Assembly: GCA_027009865.1 (NCBI GenBank)
Contig: JALVCR010000075.1
Span: forward strand, 1-37,369
Direction: 5' to 3'
Length of the DNA stretch: 37,369 nucleotides
From: Campylobacterales bacterium
GTDB taxonomy: Bacteria > Campylobacterota > Campylobacteria > Campylobacterales > JAADDG01
Part shown: in pieces, positions 10,013 through 19,845 of the stretch
Numbering within the stretch: position 1 is the first letter of the stretch
How the letters are laid out: every line of letters starts with the position of its first letter
Notes under the pieces: model-generated
What the model was told of the DNA's origin: nothing
The model's database searches: none
What the model saw: the letters and a program-made list of their open reading frames with translations, nothing else
Made by a program: the position numbers and the translations under genes

Positions 10013-11953
10013 ATGGAAGATAGACAAATGCTTGCCAAAATGGCAAATACTATAAGATTTTTATCCGCCGATATGATTCAAAAGGCAAACAGCGGCCATC
10101 CGGGCGTTTGTTTCGGGCTTGCCGATGTATTGAGCGTCTTTAGTTATCATGTAAAACACAATCCAAACAATCCCAAATGGTTAAATAGAGACAGAGTCGT
10201 ATTTAGCGGGGGACACGCTTCAGCAATGATCTATTCGTGGCTCTATCTTTGCGGCTACGATATCTCTATGGAGGATTTGAAAAATTTTAGACAGCTTGGA
10301 AGCAAAACTCCCGGACATCCTGAATTTGGAGAGATTCCAGGAGTGGAGATAACAACCGGTCCTTTGGGGCAAGGCGTGGCAAACAGCGTTGGATTTGCGA
10401 TGGCTGAGAAGTATGTTCAAAATTTAGTAAATAGCGAAACGGCAAAACTTATAGATCATAAAATATACTGCTTTTGCGGCGACGGAGATTTGGAGGAGGG
10501 CATAAGCTATGAAGCTTGCGCGCTTGCGGGAAGATTTGCTTTGGACAATCTTATTTTAATATATGATTCAAATCATATAACAATAGAGGGAGATACCTCC
10601 ATTGCCTGGAATGAGGATGTAAAAAAGAGATTTTTGGCTCAAAATTGGGAAGTTTTAGAATGCAGGGGACACGATTATGAAGATATAGATAAAAAGATAT
10701 CCTTAGCCAAAGAGATTAAAGGAAAACCTGTTTTAATAATAGCCCACACAGTTATTGCCAAAGGAGCTGTCGGAATGGAGGGAGATCCTCACACTCACGG
10801 AGCTCCATTGGGGGAAGAGGTGATAGAAAAATCAAAAGAGGCGGCCGGTTTTCCTGCCAAAGAGAAATTTTATGTTCCTGAAGATGTTTTGATTAGATTC
10901 AGATGCGCTAAAGAAAAGGGCGAATTGTATGAAAGAGAGTGGAAGAAGCTTTTAAAAGAGGCTCCTTTAATAGAGCAAAACGAAGCTTTGAGGGCTTTGC
11001 AAAATCCAGATTTCTCAAAAATATCTTGGCCTATTTTTAAAGAGGGAGAGGAGATTGCCACAAGAGAGAGCAATCATAAGATTTTAAACGCAATAGCCAG
11101 AGCCGTTCCAGGGTTCATTGGAGGAAGTGCTGATTTAGCCCCTTCTAACAAAAGTTATCTTGAAAATATGGGAGATTTTCCAAATGGAAGGAATTTTCAT
11201 TTTGGAATAAGAGAGCATACGATGGGAGCTATCTGCAACGCAATGGCTCTTTACGGTTTGGTAATCCCCTATTGCGCCACCTTTTTTGTTTTTAGCGATT
11301 ATATGAAGCCTTCTGTCAGACTTGCGGCTTTAATGAAAACAAAAAACTATTTTATATGGACTCACGATAGTATCGGAGTTGGAGAAGACGGTCCTACTCA
11401 TCAGCCAATAGAGCATTTAAGCCAGTTTAGAGCTTTGCCAAATTTTTACACCTTCAGACCGGCAGACGCAAGCGAAAATGTAGAGTGCTGGAGGGTTGCT
11501 TTAGAGCTTAACAAACCTTGCGGCTTTGTATTAAGCAGACAAAAACTTAAAACTCTAAAACCAAAAAGAGATTTTGGAGAGGTTAGAAAAGGCGCTTATA
11601 TAGTGAAAAAGAGAGAAAACGCTAAAATTACAATTATTGCAAGCGGCAGCGAGGTTATGCCTTCATTGATGGCTGGATGCCATTTGGAGAATGAAAATAT
11701 TGCGGCAAATATTGTAAGCGCTCCCTGTTTTGAGCTTTTTTGCGAGCAGGATGAGGAGTATAAAAGAAAGGTTATAGATCCAAATACCAAGGTTTTGGCA
11801 GTAGAGGCCGCAAGTGCAAATGAGTGGTATAAATATGCTGATGATGTGCTTTGTATGGAGAGTTTTGGAGCAAGCGGCAAAGCTTCTGATTTGTTTAAAC
11901 ATTTTGGATTTACAATCGAAAATATAAAAGAGAGAGCTAAGAGACTTCTCTAA
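10013..11953 (+). CDS. tkt: Transketolase
   Basis: 646 aa. It has NSGHPG, the ThDP-binding GDGDLEEG motif, and the transketolase signature HDSIGVGEDGPTHQPIEHL. Confidence 0.96.
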   Translation: MEDRQMLAKMANTIRFLSADMIQKANSGHPGVCFGLADVLSVFSYHVKHNPNNPKWLNRDRVVFSGGHASAMIYSWLYLCGYDISMEDLKNFRQLGSKTPGHPEFGEIPGVEITTGPLGQGVANSVGFAMAEKYVQNLVNSETAKLIDHKIYCFCGDGDLEEGISYEACALAGRFALDNLILIYDSNHITIEGDTSIAWNEDVKKRFLAQNWEVLECRGHDYEDIDKKISLAKEIKGKPVLIIAHTVIAKGAVGMEGDPHTHGAPLGEEVIEKSKEAAGFPAKEKFYVPEDVLIRFRCAKEKGELYEREWKKLLKEAPLIEQNEALRALQNPDFSKISWPIFKEGEEIATRESNHKILNAIARAVPGFIGGSADLAPSNKSYLENMGDFPNGRNFHFGIREHTMGAICNAMALYGLVIPYCATFFVFSDYMKPSVRLAALMKTKNYFIWTHDSIGVGEDGPTHQPIEHLSQFRALPNFYTFRPADASENVECWRVALELNKPCGFVLSRQKLKTLKPKRDFGEVRKGAYIVKKRENAKITIIASGSEVMPSLMAGCHLENENIAANIVSAPCFELFCEQDEEYKRKVIDPNTKVLAVEAASANEWYKYADDVLCMESFGASGKASDLFKHFGFTIENIKERAKRLL

Positions 11954-12048
11954 CTCCTCCTCTTCTTTAATTAGCTTTAATTAATATCTTTTATTTTTTA
12001 GAAAAATAGTTTCATATTTTCTTCTTTATAATGTATTAAAAATAAGTT

Positions 12049-12057
12049 TGCTATACT
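12049..12057 (+). promoter_or_regulatory. Candidate extended -10 promoter (TGcTATACT) for the polysaccharide island
   Basis: A TGnTATACT element lies 49 nt upstream of the TTG start at 12106, in an AT-rich 152-bp gap. A second TATAAT is at 12027-12032. Pattern match only. Confidence 0.3.
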
Positions 12058-12105
12058 GTTTACTTATATTAAATAAAAATTTTATAAGCTTGTTAAAGGA
12101 AAAAT

Positions 12106-13251
12106 TTGAAAAAAATTAATTTTTTAACTTCCCACTTTTTACCGGAGAATACTGCTGCTACAAACAGAGTGGTAACTTATGTAAAAGAGCTTTCCAAACA
12201 TTATAAAATAAATATTTTTGCTTTGGGAGAGAGGGGAGAGAAGAGAGCCACTTTTATGAAATATGGTGAAAATTTGGAAGTTTATTATATAAATCAGAAA
12301 AATTTTGATGCTAAAAATTTTGTCAAAAGAGCTTTTTTTGAAATGAGTTATATATATAAATTAATATCTCTTTCTAAAACCCAAAAAAGCGATTTAACGA
12401 TAGCCACAGCACCTTATATGTTTATGATACCTTTAGTGGCTTTTTTGGTAAGGGGTAAAAAAATAATAGATATAAGGGATTTGGTTTGGGAATATTTGAA
12501 CGATAAAAGTCTTTTTCAAAAAGTCGTAAAAATTATTCTAAGAAAAATTATGCTTTTAAGTTTAAAAAAATATGATTTTATTTTAGTTACTAATGAAAAT
12601 GAGAAAAAATGGCTAAATTGCAATAAAATAGTAAAAAATATTTGTATAATATCTAATGGGATAGAGAGAGAAAAATTTGAGGTTCTATCAAATATTCCCA
12701 TAAAAAGATCTAATCGATTTACTGTAACCTATATTGGAAATATAGGAATAGCTCAAAATTTAAAGGTTTTAGTTGAGTGCGCAAAAGAACTTCCTGATAT
12801 TAGTTTTAATATAATAGGCAGCGGAGTTGAGTTTGAAGAGTTAAAAAACTATATTCAAAAAAACGATATTAAAAATGTAAATATGCCCGGTAAGAAGTCA
12901 TGGAGCGAAATATTGGAATATTATGAAAAATCCTCTGTGTTGTATGCGCAGCTTGATGAGAAATTTGTCTCGGCAATGCCGTCAAAACTTTATGAATATG
13001 CCTCTGTGGGACTTCCGATAATTTACGGAGGAGTCGGAGTTGCGGCTGATTTTGTAAAAAAACTTGAAAACAGCTTTTCTATAAAACCTAATGACAAAGA
13101 GGAGCTAAAGAGAGCCATTTTATTTTTAAAAGATAAAAATTTTGATATATCTTATAAAAATAGAGATTTTATAAAAAATAATTTTATAAGAGAAGAAGAA
13201 GCTAAGAAGCTTACTAAAATAGTTGATGAAGTTTTAAATGAAGGGAGATAG
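12106..13251 (+). CDS. GT4 glycosyltransferase, WbuB/WcaI-like
   Basis: 381 aa. The N-terminal FLTSHFLPENTAATNRV matches the F-x-PE-x3-A-x3-R signature of WbuB/WcaI-type GT4 enzymes. The C-terminal PSKLYEYASVGLPIIYGG motif is also present. TTG start with an AAAGGA RBS. Confidence 0.8.
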   Translation: MKKINFLTSHFLPENTAATNRVVTYVKELSKHYKINIFALGERGEKRATFMKYGENLEVYYINQKNFDAKNFVKRAFFEMSYIYKLISLSKTQKSDLTIATAPYMFMIPLVAFLVRGKKIIDIRDLVWEYLNDKSLFQKVVKIILRKIMLLSLKKYDFILVTNENEKKWLNCNKIVKNICIISNGIEREKFEVLSNIPIKRSNRFTVTYIGNIGIAQNLKVLVECAKELPDISFNIIGSGVEFEELKNYIQKNDIKNVNMPGKKSWSEILEYYEKSSVLYAQLDEKFVSAMPSKLYEYASVGLPIIYGGVGVAADFVKKLENSFSIKPNDKEELKRAILFLKDKNFDISYKNRDFIKNNFIREEEAKKLTKIVDEVLNEGR

Positions 13252-13253
13252 AT

Positions 13254-14222
13254 TTGAAAGTATTGGTAACGGGAGGAAGCGGATTTATAGGAACAAGACT
13301 CATAGATGAGCTTTTAAAAGCGGGACATGAAGTTAAAATTTTTGATAAAAGAGATAGCAAAAAGTATCCCAATTTGGTTATTTTGGGAGATGTGAGAGAT
13401 AAAGAGGCTTTGATTAAAGCAAGCAGGGGAATGGATGTAATATACAATTTAGCCGCCGAACATGCCGATAATGTAACCCCTATCTCTTTGTATGAAGAGG
13501 TTAACGTAGGCGGGGCTGAAAATGTGGTAGAGGCTGCGGATGCAAATGGAATAAAAAAGATTATTTTTACAAGTTCAGTGGCAATTTACGGCTTAAACAG
13601 AGGAGAGCCGGATGAGAGTTTTGAACCAATGCCATTTAATGAGTATGGAAGAACAAAATATGAGGCTGAGAAGGTATTTTTAAAATGGCTTGAAAAAGAT
13701 GAGGGCAGATCTTTGGTTATTATAAGACCTTCCGTAATTTTCGGGGAGAATAACAGAGGCAATGTTTATAATCTGATGAGACAAATCTATCTTGATAAGT
13801 TTATAATGGTTGGAAGCGGAGAGAATAAAAAATCTATGGGTTATGTGGGAAATATTGCAAAGCTTCTTTTGGATATGATTGATGCAAAAGAGGGGTTAAC
13901 TCTTTATAATTTTGCTGATAAACCCGATTTAAAAGGAATAGAGATTGTAAATATAATAAGAAGCGAAATGAAAAAAGGGGAGATTAAATTTAAAATTCCC
14001 TATTTTATAGGTCTTTTGGGAGGATATGCTTTTGATTTGGCCTCTAAAATAACCGGTAAAAAATTTCCGATAAGCTCAATTAGAATAAAAAAATTTGCGG
14101 CCGATACGACGATTTCTACCAAAAGACTTCAAGAAAGCGGTTTTAAACCTCCCTACTCTTTGGAAGAGGGTCTTAGAAGAATGGTTAGAAGCGAGTTTTT
14201 GGAAAAAAACAATATTAATTAA
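13254..14222 (+). CDS. NAD-dependent epimerase/dehydratase (extended SDR) acting on a nucleotide- or lipid-linked sugar
   Basis: 322 aa. Rossmann motif VTGGSGFIG and catalytic YGRTKYEAEK (YxxxK). TTG start 2 nt after the upstream stop, with an AAGGGAG RBS. Substrate not deducible. Confidence 0.85.
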   Translation: MKVLVTGGSGFIGTRLIDELLKAGHEVKIFDKRDSKKYPNLVILGDVRDKEALIKASRGMDVIYNLAAEHADNVTPISLYEEVNVGGAENVVEAADANGIKKIIFTSSVAIYGLNRGEPDESFEPMPFNEYGRTKYEAEKVFLKWLEKDEGRSLVIIRPSVIFGENNRGNVYNLMRQIYLDKFIMVGSGENKKSMGYVGNIAKLLLDMIDAKEGLTLYNFADKPDLKGIEIVNIIRSEMKKGEIKFKIPYFIGLLGGYAFDLASKITGKKFPISSIRIKKFAADTTISTKRLQESGFKPPYSLEEGLRRMVRSEFLEKNNIN

Positions 14223-14280
14223 GCGATATAAAATAAAAAATTTATTATAATTTCAGGTAAACTTTAGGAGACAAAGAGAA

Positions 14281-15261
14281 ATGAATATTTTAATAACGGG
14301 GGGAGCTGGATATATAGGCTCTCACGTAGTAAAACAGCTTGGAGAGAAAACAGATTATAATCTTACCGTTTTGGATAATTTGGTTACAGGATTTAGAAGC
14401 GCCGTTTTATACGGAGATTTTATTAAGTCTGATCTTAGCAATTTTGATGAGATTGAAGGAATTTTTAAAGCAAGAAGATTTGATGCGGTAATTCATTTTG
14501 CAGCAAGCTTGATAGTTCCAGAAAGCGTAAAGAATCCTTTAAAATATTATCTAAATAATACGGCAAATACGGCAAATTTAATTAAACTGTGCGTTAAATA
14601 CGGCGTAAACAATTTTGTTTTCTCTTCTACCGCTGCTGTTTACGGAGAGCCTGATATATCTAAAATGCCAATTACTGAAAACTCTTTGCTCTCTCCTATA
14701 AATCCTTATGGTATGAGCAAATTAATGAGCGAGACCATTTTAAGAGATGCTTCTAAAGCATATAAGGATTTTAATTATATAGCATTAAGATATTTTAACG
14801 TAGCCGGTGCGGCTCTTGATGGAAAGATAGGACAGTCTACAAAAGATGCCACTCATTTAATCAAAGTGGCGGCAGAGACTGCTCTTGGAAAAAGGGATAA
14901 AATCTATATTTTTGGAGATGATTATCCAACTTTTGACGGAACCTGTATTAGAGATTATATTCATGTGGAAGATTTATCTGACGCTCATTTAAAAGCTCTA
15001 AGTTTCCTTCAAGAAAATAAAAAAAGCGATATTTTTAATTGCGGCTATGGGCACGGTTTTAGCGTAAAAGAGGTTGTAAATACTATGAAAGAGGTAAGCG
15101 GAGTTGATTTTAAAGTTGAAATTACTAAAAGAAGAGAGGGAGATCCCGCTGTTTTGATAGCCGGAAACAAAAAAATAAAAGAGAAACTAAACTGGACTCC
15201 AAAATATGATGATTTAAAGCTAATTTGCAAAAGCGCTCTTGAATGGGAAAAGAAAATTTAG
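14281..15261 (+). CDS. galE: UDP-glucose (or UDP-GlcNAc) 4-epimerase
   Basis: 326 aa with ITGGAGYIGSH, YYLNN...L, SSTAAVYG, catalytic YGMSKLMSE, and RYFNVAGA. The overall layout matches GalE/Gne. Confidence 0.9.
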   Translation: MNILITGGAGYIGSHVVKQLGEKTDYNLTVLDNLVTGFRSAVLYGDFIKSDLSNFDEIEGIFKARRFDAVIHFAASLIVPESVKNPLKYYLNNTANTANLIKLCVKYGVNNFVFSSTAAVYGEPDISKMPITENSLLSPINPYGMSKLMSETILRDASKAYKDFNYIALRYFNVAGAALDGKIGQSTKDATHLIKVAAETALGKRDKIYIFGDDYPTFDGTCIRDYIHVEDLSDAHLKALSFLQENKKSDIFNCGYGHGFSVKEVVNTMKEVSGVDFKVEITKRREGDPAVLIAGNKKIKEKLNWTPKYDDLKLICKSALEWEKKI

Positions 15262-15264
15262 TGA

Positions 15265-16554
15265 ATGAAAGATAAAATTTTAAAAGTTTTAAAGCATGAG
15301 AGTTTTGTATATCTAATATCAAATATTATATATAGCTTTTCTACTTATGTAGTGGTTCTATCCATTCCCTATATGCTTGATAAGATTTCGATGGCTCACT
15401 TCTCTTCCGCTTTGAATGTCATAATGCTTATGATTTTTGTGTTTGAGTTTGGGCTTACTGTAAGCTTTCTTAGATTCAGACAGCTTTATGCAATTTCCGA
15501 TACTATAAACGCTTTTTTTCAAACTGCTGTTTTTCTTTTGATGCTTCTTTTTGCATATACCTTTTTTGGCAATTTGATAGAGCCTATTTTGCATATAAAA
15601 GATATAGATTTAAGAGAGGATTTTATCTATTTTGCGGCTATGGCTCTTTTATCATGGGTTTTTATAAAGAGCTACTTTTTAGCCAAATCAAATGTTAAAT
15701 CCATTTTCTTAAATGCTCTTGGAATTCTTGTTTTAAGAGTTGCTTTTTTAATTTATATATTTTTATTTAGCATAAAATCATTAGAAGAGATAGTTTTGCT
15801 TTTATTTATAGTCCCGTTTTTATATGTTTTTTTTAGAAATTTTTTTGAAAATATAAGAAATCTTTCTCCTCTTTTGGATATAATAAGAGGTAAAATAAAA
15901 TTATCGCTCTATGCAAATAGAGTAAAAAAATATGTAACTTATTCATTTTTAAGTTATGTGATAGGGGCTTTGTTTATATATACAAGCAGATATTTAATAT
16001 TATATTTAACTGATAAAAAAGAATATTCCATACTGGCTGAGCTTGGATATGCTATGAGTTTTTTGGGACTTATATTGATTTTTATAACTTCTATTAGGAC
16101 TTATTTTATATCTAAGTTCAATATTTCAGAGATTAAAAATATTTCTAATTATATTAATAAAATAAAAAGTTATAGAGTATATTATTTTCCTTTTTGCGTA
16201 ATATTCTCTTTTTTGGTAGCGGCGGTTGTTTGGCTTATAAAGCCCTCCTATCTTACATATCAATCAGCAATATTTGTTTTTATTTTGATTTTTTCTAACA
16301 TGGTAATATCCTATTATAGTCTTTTTACACTTTTGTCTAAAACTTTTAACTATAATATATTAGAATTAAAGTTAAATATAGTTAGATTAATTTTAGTTGT
16401 TATAAGCGTAAGGCTCTTTTTTGACATAAATCCCATTTTCGGGTTTGCTCTTATAAATTTTTGGATTGTTTTTGTCGAATTTATATTTGCCAGACTCGTT
16501 TTAAATAGAGTCAAAAGAAAGGAAGCAGCTTATGGGGCTTTTAAAAATAATTAA
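15265..16554 (+). CDS. wzx: Wzx-like polysaccharide flippase (MOP superfamily membrane protein)
   Basis: 429 aa, very hydrophobic with many predicted TM helices and very AT-rich. It sits between the sugar-nucleotide and Wzy-like genes. There is no sharp motif, so the call rests on topology and context. Confidence 0.65.
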   Translation: MKDKILKVLKHESFVYLISNIIYSFSTYVVVLSIPYMLDKISMAHFSSALNVIMLMIFVFEFGLTVSFLRFRQLYAISDTINAFFQTAVFLLMLLFAYTFFGNLIEPILHIKDIDLREDFIYFAAMALLSWVFIKSYFLAKSNVKSIFLNALGILVLRVAFLIYIFLFSIKSLEEIVLLLFIVPFLYVFFRNFFENIRNLSPLLDIIRGKIKLSLYANRVKKYVTYSFLSYVIGALFIYTSRYLILYLTDKKEYSILAELGYAMSFLGLILIFITSIRTYFISKFNISEIKNISNYINKIKSYRVYYFPFCVIFSFLVAAVVWLIKPSYLTYQSAIFVFILIFSNMVISYYSLFTLLSKTFNYNILELKLNIVRLILVVISVRLFFDINPIFGFALINFWIVFVEFIFARLVLNRVKRKEAAYGAFKNN

Positions 16555-17710
16555 TGATTTTATACTTTTTATATTTATCTTTAGTATGTTTAATGATAAT
16601 TTTATGGTGGATATGTTTGGGGATAATATTTTAAAAGCTATTATGGTTCTTTTTATAGTTACCAACATATCTGGAATAATAAAAGGTTTTGCTAAATCTT
16701 TGACGGGAATAACCAGAACCTTTTTGATTTTGTATGCCCTGCTTGTAGGCTCTATGCTTATAGTAGAGCTTAGGGATTTAAGAGTTGATTTGGAAGCAAA
16801 TATCTATCTGATAATTGCAATATTTGTTATTTTTTACTATTTTGCTTTTTATAAAGAGATAGAGAAGATTTTATATTTTGTATGGGTTTCGGTAATGTCT
16901 TCCATTGTCATATGCTATTTTAACGAGCCTATATCTCCATGGACATTTAGAACAACCGGAGGAACGGGAGATCCAAACGAATTTGCCGCACAAGTTGTAT
17001 CTTTTATTTTTCTATCTGTTTATCTTTATACAAAAAACAGAAATATTCCTTTTTTACTCTCTTCTGTAATTTTTGGGTTATATGGACTTTTGAAAGCTGG
17101 ATCGAAATCGGCAGTTTTAACATTAATTATTCTACTTTTATATATAGGGTTAGTTAGGTATAGGGAAAATTTAAAAGCTTTTTTATCTATTAAATCAATG
17201 ATTATATCTATTCTATTAGTTGTGGCTTTTATAGTGTTTGATGTGGCAAATATGAAACTTATTAAAGATTTTATGGGAAGAACCCATTCTACCGCAACTG
17301 CCGAGATGAGATATAAATCTTGGAGCGCTGGATGGGAGATGATAAAACATAATTTTTGGTTTGGTGTTGGAATGGGAGCTTTTGCCGAGCATAATCCAAA
17401 ATATTTAAGAAAAGGGTATTTAGATAAAAGTGCAAGGGCTGCTCATAATATTTATGTAAAACTTTTTGCAGAATCTGGGGCTTTAACTTTTGTAGCTTTT
17501 TTACTGTTTGTGGGAGTTTTGTTTAAAACTCATTATTTTCAGATTATTCATTCAGACTATTTCTGGCTTCAAGCCTCAACTCTTTCATATCTTATTATGG
17601 GTCTTACTTTGGGAATATTTTATGATAAATATTTCTGGCTTTCTATCGCTATCTATACCAATGTGGTAAATACCTTTAGGGAGCCTGAAGGAGAGGTGGT
17701 GTTAGCATGA
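16532..17710 (+). CDS. wzy: O-antigen polymerase/ligase-like membrane protein (Wzy_C domain)
   Basis: 392 aa polytopic protein. It has GSKSAVLTLIILLLY followed by a loop and AHNIYVKLFAESGALTF, matching the H-N-x-[YF]-[LV]-x3-E-x-G pattern of the O-antigen ligase/Wzy_C family. Polymerase and WaaL-type ligase cannot be told apart from sequence alone. AAGGAAG RBS precedes the ATG at 16532, which overlaps wzx by 23 nt. Confidence 0.7.
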   Translation: MGLLKIINDFILFIFIFSMFNDNFMVDMFGDNILKAIMVLFIVTNISGIIKGFAKSLTGITRTFLILYALLVGSMLIVELRDLRVDLEANIYLIIAIFVIFYYFAFYKEIEKILYFVWVSVMSSIVICYFNEPISPWTFRTTGGTGDPNEFAAQVVSFIFLSVYLYTKNRNIPFLLSSVIFGLYGLLKAGSKSAVLTLIILLLYIGLVRYRENLKAFLSIKSMIISILLVVAFIVFDVANMKLIKDFMGRTHSTATAEMRYKSWSAGWEMIKHNFWFGVGMGAFAEHNPKYLRKGYLDKSARAAHNIYVKLFAESGALTFVAFLLFVGVLFKTHYFQIIHSDYFWLQASTLSYLIMGLTLGIFYDKYFWLSIAIYTNVVNTFREPEGEVVLA

Positions 17711-18819
17711 AAATAGTTCATATAATCACAGAACTCTATACCGGAGGGGCGGAGAAGTTTTGTATAGATCTTTGCAATGAGCTCTCTTTGATAGAAGGAA
17801 ATGAAGTTTTTCTTTGCGTTTTGGGAGATGCGAAAAACTCTATGCTTTATAAAAAACTTCTCCCTTCTGTAAAGTGTGTAAGCTTAAAAAAAGAGAAAGG
17901 GTATGATTTAAAAGTAGTTCAAAAATTGTTTGATTTTTTAAAAGAGATTCAACCAGATGTTTCACATACCCATTTAAGAGCCCAGGTTTACTCATTTTTG
18001 CCTCTTATTAGGCTCTCTATTTCTAACGTTCATACAGTTCATAATTTGGCTTATAAAGAGATAGGAAAACCTTATAGATTTCTTTATAAAATTTTATATA
18101 ATTTTTTTAATTTTACTCCTGTTGCTATAAGCCATGAAGTTTTAGAGAGCATACAAAAGGAGTATGGAAAAAAATTTAACAAGCTTGTATATAATGGAAC
18201 AAAAGAGGTTAAAAAGAGTGATATTTTTGAAAGTGTTAAAGAAGAGATAAATATTTTAAAAAAGCATGAGAATACGAAAGTATTTGTTCATATAGGAAGA
18301 TTTGGAGAGCAGAAAAATCAAAAGATGCTAATAGAAACTTTTGAGGAGTTAATTAGCGAAAATTTTGATATTTTGCTTCTTATGATAGGTTATGAGGGAA
18401 AAGAGGGAACCCCGGCGAGAGAGTATTATAACGAATGCAAAAAGCTTGTAAAATCCAAAGATAGAATATTTTTTATGGGAGAAAAGTCAAATATAGGAGA
18501 TTATCTGTTTTTAAGCGATGCGATGGTCCTTTCATCCAAATATGAGGGGCTTCCGATAGTAGTGCTTGAGGCTATGTCGGCAGGGAAAGCGGTTATTACT
18601 ACTCCTGCTGGAGGAGTGGTTGATGTCATAGAGGATGGAGTAAACGGTTATATGGCTGAGGGATTTGATAAGATTTCTTTTTTAAAGGCTATAAAAAAAT
18701 TTCTTTTAAATCCGTTAATAGATAGGAACAAGATTAAGAGTATTTTTGATAAAAAATATTCTATTAAACATACAGCAAAAGAGTATATGAAGATATATAA
18801 AGAATTAGTGGAGCTTTAG
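17707..18819 (+). CDS. GT4 glycosyltransferase
   Basis: 370 aa. N-terminal MKIVHIITELYTGGAEKF and the E-x7-E motif in SKYEGLPIVVLEAMSAGKAVITT. ATGA overlap with the upstream gene. Confidence 0.85.
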   Translation: MKIVHIITELYTGGAEKFCIDLCNELSLIEGNEVFLCVLGDAKNSMLYKKLLPSVKCVSLKKEKGYDLKVVQKLFDFLKEIQPDVSHTHLRAQVYSFLPLIRLSISNVHTVHNLAYKEIGKPYRFLYKILYNFFNFTPVAISHEVLESIQKEYGKKFNKLVYNGTKEVKKSDIFESVKEEINILKKHENTKVFVHIGRFGEQKNQKMLIETFEELISENFDILLLMIGYEGKEGTPAREYYNECKKLVKSKDRIFFMGEKSNIGDYLFLSDAMVLSSKYEGLPIVVLEAMSAGKAVITTPAGGVVDVIEDGVNGYMAEGFDKISFLKAIKKFLLNPLIDRNKIKSIFDKKYSIKHTAKEYMKIYKELVEL

Positions 18820-18822
18820 TAA

Positions 18823-19845
18823 ATGAAAAAACTTCTTTTAATAGGTCCAAGACTAACAAAGAGCGATCCCACAATTACAGGCGGGACTATGATACTTTTT
18901 GAAAGATTGCTTGATGATTTAAATAAGCTTGGAGTGGAGTATAAAGCAATAGATACAAATGCTTTTAATTACAAAAATTTTATTCATGCATGGTTTAGCG
19001 CTATGGGGGAGTTTTTGAAAAATTTTAAAGATTTCGATCACATCTCTATTCATGGAACAATAAATCACTATATTTTTTTGGCTCCTTTTGTTATATTTTT
19101 CTCCAAACTTTTTAATAAAAGCGTTAGTCTTAGAAAATTTGCGGGAAATTTTAATCAGGTTTATGAAAAGGGAAATTTCTTAATTAAAAAAGATATTGAA
19201 TATATTTTGAAAAATTCAGATGTTAATTTTTTTGAAACAAAATATCTTGTAGAGTATTTTAAAAAGTTTAATCCAAATACCTATTGGTTTCCAAATGTAA
19301 GAGAGAGAAAGATTGAGCCAAATTTAAATAGAAAATTTAGAAAAAGATTTGTTTTTATGAGCCAAGTAAGAGAGGAAAAGGGCGTAAAAGAGCTTTTGGA
19401 AGCTTCAAATATGATGGATGATAGCTATACTTTGGATGTTTACGGATTCTTTTATAATAATGAATTTAATGAAGACTCTTTTAAAAACTATAAAGCAAAC
19501 TATAAAGGGGCTCTTTTATCCCATGAGGTATTGGATGTTTTGAAAAATTATGATGTGCTTATTTTGCCAAGCTATAGGGAGGGGTATCCTGGAATAGTGA
19601 TAGAGGCATTTTCTCTTGGAATTCCGGTTATAGTTACCAAACTTCCATCTTTAAAAGAGATTGTAGAAGATAAAAAGAGCGGTATTTTAATAGATGTCGG
19701 AAGTTCCAAGCAGATTTATGAGGCTATGAGAGTCTTTAACGAAGATAATTACGGCCGATTTGTAAAAGAGGCTTATAAGGCTTTTGAGCCTTTTGATTCT
19801 ATGAAAAGAACAAAAAAATTTTTGGAGTTGGTCAATGGATATTGA
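18823..19845 (+). CDS. GT4-like glycosyltransferase
   Basis: 340 aa. The C-terminal half has PSYREGYPGIVIEAFSLGIPVIVTKLPSLKEIVEDKKSGILID (E-x7-E). The N-terminal half is divergent. Confidence 0.75.
   Translation: MKKLLLIGPRLTKSDPTITGGTMILFERLLDDLNKLGVEYKAIDTNAFNYKNFIHAWFSAMGEFLKNFKDFDHISIHGTINHYIFLAPFVIFFSKLFNKSVSLRKFAGNFNQVYEKGNFLIKKDIEYILKNSDVNFFETKYLVEYFKKFNPNTYWFPNVRERKIEPNLNRKFRKRFVFMSQVREEKGVKELLEASNMMDDSYTLDVYGFFYNNEFNEDSFKNYKANYKGALLSHEVLDVLKNYDVLILPSYREGYPGIVIEAFSLGIPVIVTKLPSLKEIVEDKKSGILIDVGSSKQIYEAMRVFNEDNYGRFVKEAYKAFEPFDSMKRTKKFLELVNGY

Noticed and set aside
11954-12105. Island borders searched for mobility hallmarks: integrase, transposase, tRNA target and long direct repeats.
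   Set aside because: None was found. Only the short promoter-like similarity reported in findings is present, so the island cannot be called a mobile element.
14557-14577. Tandem 9-bp repeat aatacggca x2.3 in galE, encoding TANTAN.
   Set aside because: When aligned to the usual GalE YY-x-NN-x2-GT-x2-L segment, the region has normal length. It is therefore not an insertion or a slippage-generated expansion, and probably a chance repeat.
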